From positions 1,125-65,124 of the forward strand of contig JANXTL010000028.1 in the NCBI GenBank assembly GCA_025352375.1: DNA of 64,000 nucleotides, in the 5' to 3' direction. The DNA is from Acetobacteraceae bacterium (lineage in GTDB: Bacteria > Pseudomonadota > Alphaproteobacteria > Acetobacterales > Acetobacteraceae). Position numbers and translations under genes: made by a program. The notes beneath the pieces were generated by a model, which saw nothing but the letters and a program-made list of their open reading frames with translations, was not told where the DNA came from and did not search any database. The first letter of the stretch is position 1. Each line of letters begins with the position of its first letter. Below are positions 29,410-38,534 of this stretch, one piece after another.

Positions 29410-30486
29410 TCACTCTGGGGCAGGATCGAGGTACAACGGGCTTGCGAAATATCGCCGCAACCAGAACCGGGACAGCACGCCGATGGTCGCGGCCACCGGC
29501 ACGGCCAGCATCACGCCCACGAACCCGAACGCCGCGCCGCCGGCAAGCAAAGCGAAAATGACCCAGATGGCCGGCAATTCCACCCGGTCGCCGAGGATGC
29601 GGGGGTAGATGACATAGCCCTCCAGGATTTGGCCGGCGAACAGCACGGCCCCGATCCAGGCCACACCGTGCCAATTGGGGAATTGCGCCAGCGCCAACCC
29701 CAATGCCGTCGCCCCGCCCAGGATAGAGCCGACATAGGGGATGAACGACAACAGCCCCGCCGACAGCCCAACGATCAGGCCGAGGTCCAAGCCTGCGATC
29801 GTCAAGCCCAGCGCGTAGTACGCCGCCAGGAACAGGCAGCAAAGCGCCTGTCCGCGCACCCAGGCGGATAGGATCCGGTCTACTTCCCGAGCCTGTGCTC
29901 TGATCACGGCTTCGAAGCGATGCGGCAGCCAGGAGTCGATCATGCGGATCATCACCTGCCAGTCGCGCAGCAGGTAGAACCCGGCGACCGGCGTCACCAC
30001 GATGACGCTGAGCAGGTTGATGATGGCGAAACCGCCGCCGATCACGCTGGTGATGGTAGACAGCACGATGTTCATGATGCTCGCGGCCTGGCCGCTGACG
30101 AGGTCGCGCAGCTTGTCGTTGACCACATCGGGGCCGAACTGGTCCTGCAGGATCGTCAGCTGATCCCGCGCCCAGCTTTGCACCAGAAGGGCGTAACGCG
30201 GGCTACGCAGAATCAGCAGCCCGATCTGCACCCGCAGCAGCGGATACAGCAGCAGCGCGAACAGCAGCAGCGCGGCGATGATGGCCAGAATGACCGCGAG
30301 CGAGGCAAGCCCGCGCGGAAACCCCAGCTTCGCCAGACGAGTCACCGGCGGGTCCAACGCGTAGGCGATCACCCCCGCGGCTGCGAACGGCGCCAGGACA
30401 GAACCAAACAATTGCAGCGCGTACCAGACCACCGCCAACAGCATGCCGATCAGCGCCAGCCGTTGAACCCGCATGCCGGAATTCAT
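29410..30486 (-). CDS. AI-2E family transporter (PerM-like permease)
   Basis: Polytopic membrane protein. The start at [19 protein letters not shown] overlaps the stop of the upstream gene. The track ORF extends spuriously to 30975. Confidence 0.8.
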   Translation of the reverse strand: MNSGMRVQRLALIGMLLAVVWYALQLFGSVLAPFAAAGVIAYALDPPVTRLAKLGFPRGLASLAVILAIIAALLLFALLLYPLLRVQIGLLILRSPRYALLVQSWARDQLTILQDQFGPDVVNDKLRDLVSGQAASIMNIVLSTITSVIGGGFAIINLLSVIVVTPVAGFYLLRDWQVMIRMIDSWLPHRFEAVIRAQAREVDRILSAWVRGQALCCLFLAAYYALGLTIAGLDLGLIVGLSAGLLSFIPYVGSILGGATALGLALAQFPNWHGVAWIGAVLFAGQILEGYVIYPRILGDRVELPAIWVIFALLAGGAAFGFVGVMLAVPVAATIGVLSRFWLRRYFASPLYLDPAPE

Positions 30487-31055
30487 GTTTTCGGAACCCT
30501 GCCGGCACGCAGCACATAGGCCACGCCGGAGGCCAGCGTGGTGCAGGCGACGCACCAGATCAGCACGGCCATGACGTAAGGCACGCGCAACGCGAATCCC
30601 GTCGTTAGCAGCGCGGCGGCCACAAGCACAATTTGTAACGTCGTGTTCAGCTTGGAAATCAACAACGGCTTGATCGACACCTTGTGCCCGAGCACACCCA
30701 GCAGAATGACCCCGCCGACAATCACGACATCGCGGAACACCACCAGAATCGCCAGCCAGGCCGGCAGCACGTCCACCGTGGCCAGAGTCACATACATGGT
30801 GACCAGCAGCGCCTTGTCCGCCATCGGATCGAGGATCGCCCCCAGCGCGTTGCCGCCGTAACGCCGTGCCAGCCAGCCATCGACCGCGTCGGATATCCCG
30901 GCACCGACAAAAAGGAAAAACGCGAAATCGAGTCGGTGCTCCAGCACCATCCAGAACGCCAGCGGCACCGCGCACAGGCGTCCCAACGTGACCACATTGG
31001 GTAATGTGATCAACCCGTACGACGCATCCCGGCTGAATTGCGTACCGTCTGGCAT
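30483..31055 (-). CDS. CDP-alcohol phosphatidyltransferase family protein
   Basis: The D-x2-DG-x2-AR...G-x3-D-x3-D motif ([27 protein letters not shown]) is present. The start is uncertain (31055, or up to 31112). Confidence 0.8.
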   Translation of the reverse strand: MPDGTQFSRDASYGLITLPNVVTLGRLCAVPLAFWMVLEHRLDFAFFLFVGAGISDAVDGWLARRYGGNALGAILDPMADKALLVTMYVTLATVDVLPAWLAILVVFRDVVIVGGVILLGVLGHKVSIKPLLISKLNTTLQIVLVAAALLTTGFALRVPYVMAVLIWCVACTTLASGVAYVLRAGRVPKT

Positions 31056-31136
31056 GGTCCCTTTGGCATTGCCCTCATGCGGGTGCATATGGTTCTGTCC
31101 GCCCCCGATCAACCGATTAGCGTAAAGAGGGTCGCC

Positions 31137-32186
31137 GTGACCAGTGGACTGGATTACCGTTCGGCTGGCGTGGACATCGACGCCGGGGAGGCGTTGGTCG
31201 AAGCGATCAAGCCGCTGGCTCGGTCGACCACGCGATCGGGGGTGTTGGGCGGGCTGGGCGGGTTCGGCGCACTGTTCGACCTAAAGGCCGCCGGGTTCGA
31301 GGATCCGGTGCTCGTGTCGACCACGGACGGCGTAGGCACCAAGCTGAAAATCGCCATCGATACCGGCATCCACGACACCGTGGGCATCGATCTCGTGGCG
31401 ATGTGCGTCAACGATCTGATCGTGCAAGGCGCGGAGCCGCTGTTTTTCCTGGATTATTTTGCCACGGGTAAACTTGACGTCACCCAGGCACGCGCGGTTA
31501 TCGCCGGCATCGCCGAGGGCTGCCGCCAAGCCGGCTGCGCCCTGGTTGGCGGGGAAACCGCCGAGATGCCCGGGATGTACCACGCCGGGGATTACGACCT
31601 CGCCGGCTTCTCGGTCGGCGCGGCGGAGCGTGGCGCCCTGCTGCCGGGCATCGTGGCGCCGGGCGATGCGATCCTCAGCCTCGGCAGCGCCGGGGTACAC
31701 TCCAACGGTTTTTCTCTCGTCCGTAAGATCGTGGAGGCCAGCGGGCTGCGCTGGGGCGACTCGGCGCCCTTCGCGGCGGGGCAGACGCTCGGGGCCGCGC
31801 TGATGGCGCCGACCCGCATCTACGTGAAGTCGGTGCTGGCGCTGCACCGGGCGGGGCTGCTGAAGGCGGCGGCGCATATCACCGGCGGCGGTCTGCCCGG
31901 CAATCTGCCGCGCGTATTGCCGAAGGGCACCGCGGCGGTGCTGGATCGCGCATGGCCGGTGCCGCCGGTGTTCGCGTGGCTCGCCCGTGCCGGCAAGGTC
32001 GCGCCGGAGGAAATGCTCCGCGTATTCAACTGCGGCGTCGGCATGGCGTTGGTGGTCCCCGACGCGGACGCGGCCGCCGCCGTGCTGCGCGCACAGGGGG
32101 AGCAGGTCAGCCGGATCGGTTCGATCGTCGCCAGCGACGGGCCGGCCGCGGTACGGGTGGAGCTGCCTGCGAGCTGGCTGGCGTGA
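31137..32186 (+). CDS. purM: Phosphoribosylformylglycinamidine cyclo-ligase
   Basis: The GTG start gives [25 protein letters not shown]..., the typical PurM N-terminus. The full-length AIR synthase pattern is present. Confidence 0.95.
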   Translation: MTSGLDYRSAGVDIDAGEALVEAIKPLARSTTRSGVLGGLGGFGALFDLKAAGFEDPVLVSTTDGVGTKLKIAIDTGIHDTVGIDLVAMCVNDLIVQGAEPLFFLDYFATGKLDVTQARAVIAGIAEGCRQAGCALVGGETAEMPGMYHAGDYDLAGFSVGAAERGALLPGIVAPGDAILSLGSAGVHSNGFSLVRKIVEASGLRWGDSAPFAAGQTLGAALMAPTRIYVKSVLALHRAGLLKAAAHITGGGLPGNLPRVLPKGTAAVLDRAWPVPPVFAWLARAGKVAPEEMLRVFNCGVGMALVVPDADAAAAVLRAQGEQVSRIGSIVASDGPAAVRVELPASWLA

Positions 32187-32782
32187 AACGGCGCGTTGGG
32201 ATTCTGATCGGCGGCCGAGGCTCCAACATGGAAGCGTTACTCGCGGCGGCGCGCGACCCCCTGTATCCGGCCGAGATCGTGCTGGTGCTGTCGAACAATC
32301 CCGACGCGGCGGGGCTGGCGACCGCGGCAGCGGCGGGCGTGGCAACTAAGTGTGTGGACCACCGGCCATTCAAGGGCGACCGCGGCGCGCATGAGGCGGC
32401 GATCGACGCCGCTTTGATTGCCGCGGGGGTGGAGGTTGTGTGCCTCGCCGGCTACATGCGGCTGCTGACGCACGTGCTGGTCGATGCCTGGGCCGGCCGC
32501 ATGCTGAACATCCATCCCAGCCTGTTGCCGGCCTTCCCTGGCCTGCATACGCATGCTCGGGCGTTGGAGGCTGGCGCGACGCAGCACGGCTGCACCGTTC
32601 ATCTGGTGACGCAGGACATGGACGAGGGCCCGATTCTCGCTCAGGCCGTCGTTCCCGTGTTGCCGAACGATACCGAACAAACTCTGGCTGCTCGGGTTCT
32701 GGAGCAGGAGCACCGGCTTTACCCGGCCACGCTCGCCGCGTTCATCGGCAGCCTCTTGCCGTCATCGTGTCGGGTGCCATAA
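32183..32782 (+). CDS. purN: Phosphoribosylglycinamide formyltransferase
   Basis: The GTG start overlaps the purM stop. [24 protein letters not shown] and HLV...D.GPI motifs are present. Confidence 0.93.
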   Translation: MKRRVGILIGGRGSNMEALLAAARDPLYPAEIVLVLSNNPDAAGLATAAAAGVATKCVDHRPFKGDRGAHEAAIDAALIAAGVEVVCLAGYMRLLTHVLVDAWAGRMLNIHPSLLPAFPGLHTHARALEAGATQHGCTVHLVTQDMDEGPILAQAVVPVLPNDTEQTLAARVLEQEHRLYPATLAAFIGSLLPSSCRVP

Positions 32783-32821
32783 AAGGCGGCAACGACACTC
32801 CATCAGATATCGGGGCACCCC

Positions 32822-32977
32822 ATGGCCGAACAGAGCACCAGATTCCACGGACCCGAGACCGAGGAGGCCTTCCTGGCCGACCGGATGAAATTTTGGGGCG
32901 GGTTCATCAACGCCAGCGTCGGGACCGCGGTGTTCGTGATCCTGCTGCTGATCGGGATGGCCGTTTTCCTGCTTTAA
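32822..32977 (+). CDS. Small membrane protein, aa3-type cytochrome oxidase subunit IV-like (51 aa; below the ORF-track cutoff)
   Basis: MAEQSTRFHGPETEEAFLADRMKFWGGFINASVGTAVFVILLLIGMAVFLL. It has a single C-terminal TM and an F.GF... pattern like bacterial CoxIV-family peptides (recollection). Confidence 0.45.
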   Translation: MAEQSTRFHGPETEEAFLADRMKFWGGFINASVGTAVFVILLLIGMAVFLL

Positions 32978-32989
32978 CGCCCTGGGAGT

Positions 32990-33367
32990 TTAACGCCTAT
33001 CCAGGCTGAACCGGCCGGCTCCCAGCACGAAGAGTTGCAGGAAGCCGCCGGCCATCGCGACGTTTTTCATGAAGTGGATCATCTGCCCCCGATCGCCGGG
33101 GTGGTAGTGCGAGACATAGGCCGTGGCGAGGCACCAGAACGCCAGGGTTAATGCCGCCCACTTGGTCTTCCATCCCACCAGAATGGCCAGGCCGCCGAGC
33201 AACTCGACGGCAACCGTGACCCCATAGGCGAGTGGGGGATTCGGCAAGGGGATCTTGCTGAACGAGGCAATCGTAGCCGTGGAGGTCATTGCCTTATTGA
33301 TACCCGCTTGAATGAAGATCGCGCTCATCATCACGCGACCGATCAAACTGGCGAGACTGTTCAACAT
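32990..33367 (-). CDS. DoxX family membrane protein
   Basis: 125 aa, four TM segments. IGRVMMSAIFIQAGINK and ELLGGLAILVG match the DoxX pattern. Confidence 0.8.
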   Translation of the reverse strand: MLNSLASLIGRVMMSAIFIQAGINKAMTSTATIASFSKIPLPNPPLAYGVTVAVELLGGLAILVGWKTKWAALTLAFWCLATAYVSHYHPGDRGQMIHFMKNVAMAGGFLQLFVLGAGRFSLDRR

Positions 33368-33391
33368 GGCGATGCCCCCGGTTGGTTTGGG

Positions 33392-33814
33392 TTAGCCTAC
33401 GATTTCGGTGCCAGCGAAGAAGTAGGCGATCTCGATGGCCGCGTTTTCGGCGCTGTCGGACCCGTGGACGGAATTGGCCTCGATGCTTTCAGCGAACTTC
33501 TTGCGGATGGTGCCCTCGGCGGCATTGGCCGGGTTGGTGGCCCCCATCGTGTCGCGGTTGGCGGCGACGGCGTTCTCGCCTTCCAGCACCTGCACGACGA
33601 CGGGGCCGGAGGTCATGAACGTCACCAGATCGCGGAAGAACGGGCGGGCGGCGTGCACGCCGTAGAAGGCTTCGGCCTGGGCGGTGGTCATTTGGATACG
33701 TTTCTGCGCGACGATGCGCAGGCCGGCGGCCTCGAGGCAGGCGTTGACCTGACCGGTGAGGTTACGGCGGGTCGCGTCGGGCTTAATGATGGAGAAAGTG
33801 CGTTCGGTCGCCAT
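33392..33814 (-). CDS. ndk: Nucleoside-diphosphate kinase
   Basis: [21 protein letters not shown]... and the NSVHGSDS active-site His motif. 140 aa from the internal Met. Confidence 0.96.
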   Translation of the reverse strand: MATERTFSIIKPDATRRNLTGQVNACLEAAGLRIVAQKRIQMTTAQAEAFYGVHAARPFFRDLVTFMTSGPVVVQVLEGENAVAANRDTMGATNPANAAEGTIRKKFAESIEANSVHGSDSAENAAIEIAYFFAGTEIVG

Positions 33815-33851
33815 GGCGGCCTCCTTGGTGCGGTTGAGATCGCGCGGGGCT

Positions 33852-34874
33852 TTAGACGCTAGGGTGCGGTGCGGCAAGTAGCGGCGCGGCGAGCCGTGCC
33901 TGGCGGGCGTCGCGGGGGCCGCGGGCGATGCCGAGGACGGCGTCTATGTCGGATAGCATTGTTTCCGACGCGGGATTGGGGGCCGGAGCGAAACGCAGGA
34001 TGTGGGTTTTTACGCGCGCAGCGAGGTCGGCGGCCAGGACGCGCAGACCGACCAAGGCGGCCTTGGTGTGATTCAGTCGGTTTTGGTCCAAGGAGGCAAC
34101 GACGGTGTTCGAGGTTGCCTCGAATACGGCGGTCAGGGCGACCAGGGCGCCCAGGTGGAGGGCTGCCTCGTCCGTGTGGTTTGTTGCCAGGCGGGGCAGG
34201 AGGAAGCGGAAGGCGCCGAGGAGGGGGACGGTGCCGACGGCGTCCTCGATGTCGCGGAAGGGGAGGGCCATGCGTTCGTAGGCCGAACCCTCGGGGCCGA
34301 GTTGGGCGGATACTGGGACCTGGACGTTGTCGAGGGTCAGGCCGCAGTGGCGGGAGGGGCGGAGGGCGTGGAAGCCGTTCGTGTCGTTGATTTTTACGCC
34401 TGGGGCGGTGCGCGGGACGAGGAAGGCGCTGTAGCGCTTGCGGCCAGCTTCCTCGGCCGTGACGGCGAAGACGAGGATCGCGTCGGCGGAGGGGCCGTTG
34501 CTGACCCAGGCTTTCTCGCCAGTTATTTTTACGGTGTCGTTGTCGATGGTGGCTTTGGTTGTCAGGAGCTTGGGGTGGGCGCCGACCTTGGGTTCGGAGA
34601 TGGCGACGGATACGGCTTTGGTTTTGTATTCCGCGCGTTGTTCGTCGGTGCCGAAGGTCTGGATGAAGTGGCGGTAGACGAGCTGGCGCCCGCCCCAGGC
34701 GCTGGCGATGCCAAGCAGTCCGGTGCGCTCGACCAGGGCGGCTTTGGTGGCGGCTATGGCGGTGTACGAGGGTTCGGGAGTGAGGAGGCCGGATTCGGCC
34801 ATCCCTGGGAAGGGGTCGGTGGCGGGGGTTGGGTTGCGGGCGAGCCAGGCTTCGATGCGGGGGTCTGTGGGCAT
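33852..34874 (-). CDS. Acyl-CoA dehydrogenase family protein (short form)
   Basis: From [10 protein letters not shown]... The middle beta-domain pattern [11 protein letters not shown]...[11 protein letters not shown] and the C-terminal helical domain are present. Confidence 0.65.
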   Translation of the reverse strand: MPTDPRIEAWLARNPTPATDPFPGMAESGLLTPEPSYTAIAATKAALVERTGLLGIASAWGGRQLVYRHFIQTFGTDEQRAEYKTKAVSVAISEPKVGAHPKLLTTKATIDNDTVKITGEKAWVSNGPSADAILVFAVTAEEAGRKRYSAFLVPRTAPGVKINDTNGFHALRPSRHCGLTLDNVQVPVSAQLGPEGSAYERMALPFRDIEDAVGTVPLLGAFRFLLPRLATNHTDEAALHLGALVALTAVFEATSNTVVASLDQNRLNHTKAALVGLRVLAADLAARVKTHILRFAPAPNPASETMLSDIDAVLGIARGPRDARQARLAAPLLAAPHPSV

Positions 34875-34876
34875 GG

Positions 34877-35365
34877 TTAGCTCTTTAGACTGGCGGCGAT
34901 GTCCGGCGCCATTTCCAGATACGTGTCGTGGTCCTCGTTTATCGCGGCACCGCCGGGGAGCGGCGGCCCACCGGGGTTTATCGCGGCACCGCCGGGGAGC
35001 GGCGGCCCACCGGGATCGCGATTGGTGTTCAGCCAGTTCCGCACCAGACGGATCATGCCGCGCCCATCGTTGGCATGGGCCTCGATATCCATGCCGGAAA
35101 TGTCCGATGGCGTCTTGTCGTCGCGATGGGCATCGGCATCGAGAATCAGTGTCTTGCGACGCCTCCGAAGCGGCGGTCCCGCCAGGCGCAGGCCGAGATC
35201 GGCGTCCAACTCTACCCACGAGCTGTCGTGGATCGACAGGTGAACGGCGCCGCTATCGCTGTACTCGAGCGCACATCGCAGCTTGTAGTCTGAATCGAAC
35301 GGGCAGCCGATGAAGACCGGTCGCGCGCGGTTATGGCTTGGTTTCGCTGGCGATCGCATCGGCAT
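34877..35365 (-). CDS. Hypothetical protein with a tandem 13-aa repeat (PGGPPLPGGAAIN x2)
   Basis: Its stop lies 2 nt from the downstream acyl-CoA dehydrogenase-like start, implying an operon. No recognisable family. Confidence 0.4.
   Translation of the reverse strand: MPMRSPAKPSHNRARPVFIGCPFDSDYKLRCALEYSDSGAVHLSIHDSSWVELDADLGLRLAGPPLRRRRKTLILDADAHRDDKTPSDISGMDIEAHANDGRGMIRLVRNWLNTNRDPGGPPLPGGAAINPGGPPLPGGAAINEDHDTYLEMAPDIAASLKS
34941..35013. repeat. Tandem 39-bp direct repeat (about 1.9 copies) inside a CDS
   Basis: ATCGCGGCACCGCCGGGGAGCGGCGGCCCACCGGG occurs at 34941 and again at 34980. Confidence 0.9.
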
Positions 35366-35525
35366 GTTTCAGGAACGCGGCTTTGATGGCTTCTTTGACT
35401 TGCTCGCGGGTGAATCGCGACGGCCCAGGCCCATCGTATGGATGCAGGCGTATGCCGCGATACATCACGCCGACCTCGGGGATCAGTTGGCGCGGCTTTG
35501 GCGGGGTTTGCCGGGCGGTCCTCAT
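35331..35525 (-). CDS. Hypothetical small protein (64 aa)
   Basis: MRTARQTPPKPRQLIPEVGVMYRGIRLHPYDGPGPSRFTREQVKEAIKAAFLKHADAIASETKP. Only the C-terminal part of the track ORF 35331..35960 looks protein-like. Weak call. Confidence 0.3.
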   Translation of the reverse strand: MRTARQTPPKPRQLIPEVGVMYRGIRLHPYDGPGPSRFTREQVKEAIKAAFLKHADAIASETKP

Positions 35526-36194
35526 GGCGGGGAATATGGGCTTTGGCGGGGCGTGGGGCAAGGTTGATTTGGGGCTCACGCCTCCCCTCATTTTCGATTT
35601 AGGTCTGGCGCAATAATAAAATCCAAACCGGCCTCTGGTCTTTCTTGAAAGAATCCGGCCAGATTCTTCCTGATTCCAGTTAATGCGTAATCGTCCGGGA
35701 CGCTTCCCAGCAGCACGCTCGGGCTGTGTGGCTCGCGGTCTGTACCATTGGACGGGAGCTGGCCGTCGCCCGCGGCCATCCGCTTCCGCGGCAACATCGC
35801 CTTGACGGCAGCCAATGGCGAGGTACGCCCGGTGGCGGCCTGGATTGGGTCCGGCGGCCGTGGCCTCGGTGCTCCAAGGGGCGCACTCACTCGTTGTTCC
35901 GTCAGGGTTGCATGTTCTACGATCTGGTTCCCAAAATGTCGGAAGAACACCTGCTGCCATCGCTCGAGATATTCAACACAATGCTGCCCGGTCAACCGCT
36001 ATTCGAACATCTCTTTCGATCGTTATGAATTATGAGGGAAGTCGTGAGGGCAGGGCACGATCTGTGCACGGCACAGTAAGGATTTCTCGCATAGGACGCC
36101 GAGAAGTAACTAACGATGCAGCCCCTCGTTAACTGAATGTTAATTTTTCAATGTTAAGCCGGTCTTCTCGCAACAAATCGTCACGCGTCAAGTC

Positions 36195-36320
36195 ATGGGC
36201 CTGGCCATGAACATCCACCGCGCCTTCGGCCCCGGCCGGCTGGAGTCGGCCTACGAAGAATTCCTATGCATCGAACGCGAGGACGTTGGCATTCCCTTCA
36301 CCCACCCCCTGAAACGAGAT
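36195..36320 (+). pseudogene. Fragment of a GxxExxY-family (PD-(D/E)XK-like) protein gene, in frame with and upstream of lutB
   Basis: The translation ...NIHRAFGPGRLESAYEEFLCIEREDVGIPF... carries the GPG.LES.YE signature of GxxExxY proteins. Only about 40 of the expected ~125 residues are present. Confidence 0.45.
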
Positions 36321-36347
36321 AAACAAGCGGCGAAGGAGCCCTCGCCC

Positions 36348-37778
36348 ATGCATGTCGCCACGTCCCCGGCTTTCAAGGACAACGCCCACCTGGCCCTGGC
36401 CGACGCCGGCCTTCAGAAGGCCCTCGCCCGCAGCGGCCCGAGCTTTATCGCCCGCCGAGCGGCGGCGGTGGCGGGGCTGCCGGAGTTCGAGGAACTGCGG
36501 AACGCCGCTCGCGACATCAAAAATCACGCGTTGGCGAATCTCGATTTCTACCTCGAGGAATATGAGACCAACGTGAAGGCGTCCGGCGGGCACGTGCACT
36601 GGTGCACCGATGCGGCAGCCGCCCGCGCCGCTGTGCTGTCGATCTGCCAGCGCGTCGGCGCCCGCACCGTCACCAAGGGCAAGTCCATGATCGGCGAGGA
36701 AATCGCCATCAACGATCATCTGGAGCAGCATGGCATAACACCGGTCGAAACCGACCTCGGCGAATATATCATCCAGCTTCGCCACGAACTCCCCAGCCAC
36801 ATTATCGCCCCCGCCTTTCATTTGAACATGGAGGATTGGGAGGAAGCATTTCGGAAGCACCATACCGAACTGCCCGCCGACCGGTCGCTGTCCGAACGTC
36901 GCGACATCCTGGTCGAGGCCCGCACCCGGTTACGCGACAAATTCCTCGCCGCCGACGTGGGCATCACCGGTGCCAACTTCCTGATCGCCGAAACCGGCAG
37001 CAGCGTCATCGTGACCAATGAGGGCAACGGCGATCTGACCCAGACTTTGCCGCGGGTGCACATCGTGCTCGCCAGTATCGAGAAATGCGTGCCGACGATC
37101 GAGGACACCACGTCGTTGCTGCGGCTGTTGGCGCGTTCGGCGACGGGGCAGGATTTCTCGGTCTACACCACGTTCTCCACCGGCGCGCGGCGGCCAGGCG
37201 ATTTGGATGGGCCGGAGGAATACCACGTCATCCTTATAGACAACGGCCGCTCCGCCATGATGGGCACCGAGTTTCAGGATATGCTGCGCTGCATCCGTTG
37301 CGCCGCCTGCATGAACCATTGCCCGGTATACAGCGCCGTCGGTGGGCACGCGTACGGCTGGGTTTATCCAGGTCCGATGGGCTCGGTGCTGACCCCTGGG
37401 CTGATCGGTGTGGAAAAGGCGGGACACCTGCCGAACGCCTCCACCTTCTGCGGCAAATGCGAAAGCGTATGCCCGGTGAAAATTCCGCTACCAAAATTGA
37501 TGCGGCATTGGCGCGAGCGGGAGTTCGAACGGCATCTAAGCCCCCGCGCCTATCGCAGCAATCTCGCCCTCTGGGCGTATTTTGCACGCCGGCCGGCGCT
37601 GTACCGTCTGGCTACTCGTATTGGTGCCGTCACCTTGGGTTGGTGGGGCCGTAAGAAAGGTCGTTTCGCCAGCATGGCTTTCGCCGGCGGCTGGACCGAG
37701 GGCCGCGACCTCCCCGCTCCCGAAGGCGACACATTCTTCGCCCGCTATGCTCGGGCACAGCGCGACGGGACGCTCTGA
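36348..37778 (+). CDS. lutB: Lactate utilization protein B (iron-sulfur cluster-binding, LutB type)
   Basis: ATG at 36348 follows GAAGGAG. It has a DUF162/LUD-like core plus two 4Fe-4S Cys clusters (CIRCAACMNHCP, CGKCESVCP). Confidence 0.85.
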   Translation: MHVATSPAFKDNAHLALADAGLQKALARSGPSFIARRAAAVAGLPEFEELRNAARDIKNHALANLDFYLEEYETNVKASGGHVHWCTDAAAARAAVLSICQRVGARTVTKGKSMIGEEIAINDHLEQHGITPVETDLGEYIIQLRHELPSHIIAPAFHLNMEDWEEAFRKHHTELPADRSLSERRDILVEARTRLRDKFLAADVGITGANFLIAETGSSVIVTNEGNGDLTQTLPRVHIVLASIEKCVPTIEDTTSLLRLLARSATGQDFSVYTTFSTGARRPGDLDGPEEYHVILIDNGRSAMMGTEFQDMLRCIRCAACMNHCPVYSAVGGHAYGWVYPGPMGSVLTPGLIGVEKAGHLPNASTFCGKCESVCPVKIPLPKLMRHWREREFERHLSPRAYRSNLALWAYFARRPALYRLATRIGAVTLGWWGRKKGRFASMAFAGGWTEGRDLPAPEGDTFFARYARAQRDGTL

Positions 37779-37780
37779 TC

Positions 37781-38464
37781 ATGAGCAAGGAACTGATTTT
37801 GAATGCGATCCAGCGCGGCTTGAAGCGCGGTTCGTTGCCTGGGGATCAACAGGCGATGTTGCGGGGGCGGCTGGCGGTGCATCCGCGCCATACCATCCCC
37901 GCGCGATCCCGCCTGCCGCATCCGCAACAGGTCGATCTGTTCGTTCGCAATGTGGAGAAGGAATTCGGTTCGGTTAAGCGGGTCGCCGATCTTGCCGCGG
38001 TGCCGGACGCGGTGGCCGATTATTTGTCGGCACAGAATTTGCCGAGCCGTTTCGTTATGGCCCCGCATCCGGATTTGCAGGCGATCCCGTGGTTCGCGCG
38101 TCCGTTGCTGGAAATCCGCGAAGGCAAGGCCGAGGCGACCGATGCCGTCAGCGTCACGCATGCGTTCGCCGCCATCGCGGAGACCGGCACGTTGATGCTG
38201 CCCAGCGCCCCGGTGCGCCCGACGACGCTGAACCTGCTGGCCGACACGGCGATCGTGGTGCTGCGTGCCTCGGCTCTGGTCGGTGCGTATGAGGAAGCCT
38301 GGGATAAGCTGCGCGCCGAAATGGGCAGAATGCCGCGCAACGTGATGTTGGTAACGGGGCCGTCTCGTTCCGCCGATATCGAGCAGACGCTGGAACTCGG
38401 TGCGCACGGGCCGCGGAATTTGCACGTGGTGCTGGTGGAGGATACAGCTGAGCATCGCGGCTGA
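37781..38464 (+). CDS. lutC: Lactate utilization protein C (LUD domain)
   Basis: 227 aa immediately after lutB. The ...AIAETGTLML... and ...VLVTGPSRSADIE... patterns match LutC/LUD proteins. Confidence 0.78.
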   Translation: MSKELILNAIQRGLKRGSLPGDQQAMLRGRLAVHPRHTIPARSRLPHPQQVDLFVRNVEKEFGSVKRVADLAAVPDAVADYLSAQNLPSRFVMAPHPDLQAIPWFARPLLEIREGKAEATDAVSVTHAFAAIAETGTLMLPSAPVRPTTLNLLADTAIVVLRASALVGAYEEAWDKLRAEMGRMPRNVMLVTGPSRSADIEQTLELGAHGPRNLHVVLVEDTAEHRG

Positions 38465-38534
38465 AACGGTTTGCCGTTGCGCCGACGATCATGTATCACG
38501 GTTCAAACATCGAAATGCTGGATAGATTCGCGAC

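Noticed and set aside
35588-35995. 135-aa - strand ORF (and the overlapping 209-aa ORF 35331-35960) as genuine genes or integrase remnants
   Set aside because: These are mutually overlapping frames with Pro/Arg-rich middle sections and no motif I can name. They are left unannotated, except for the short C-terminal piece at 35331-35525, which is called at low confidence.
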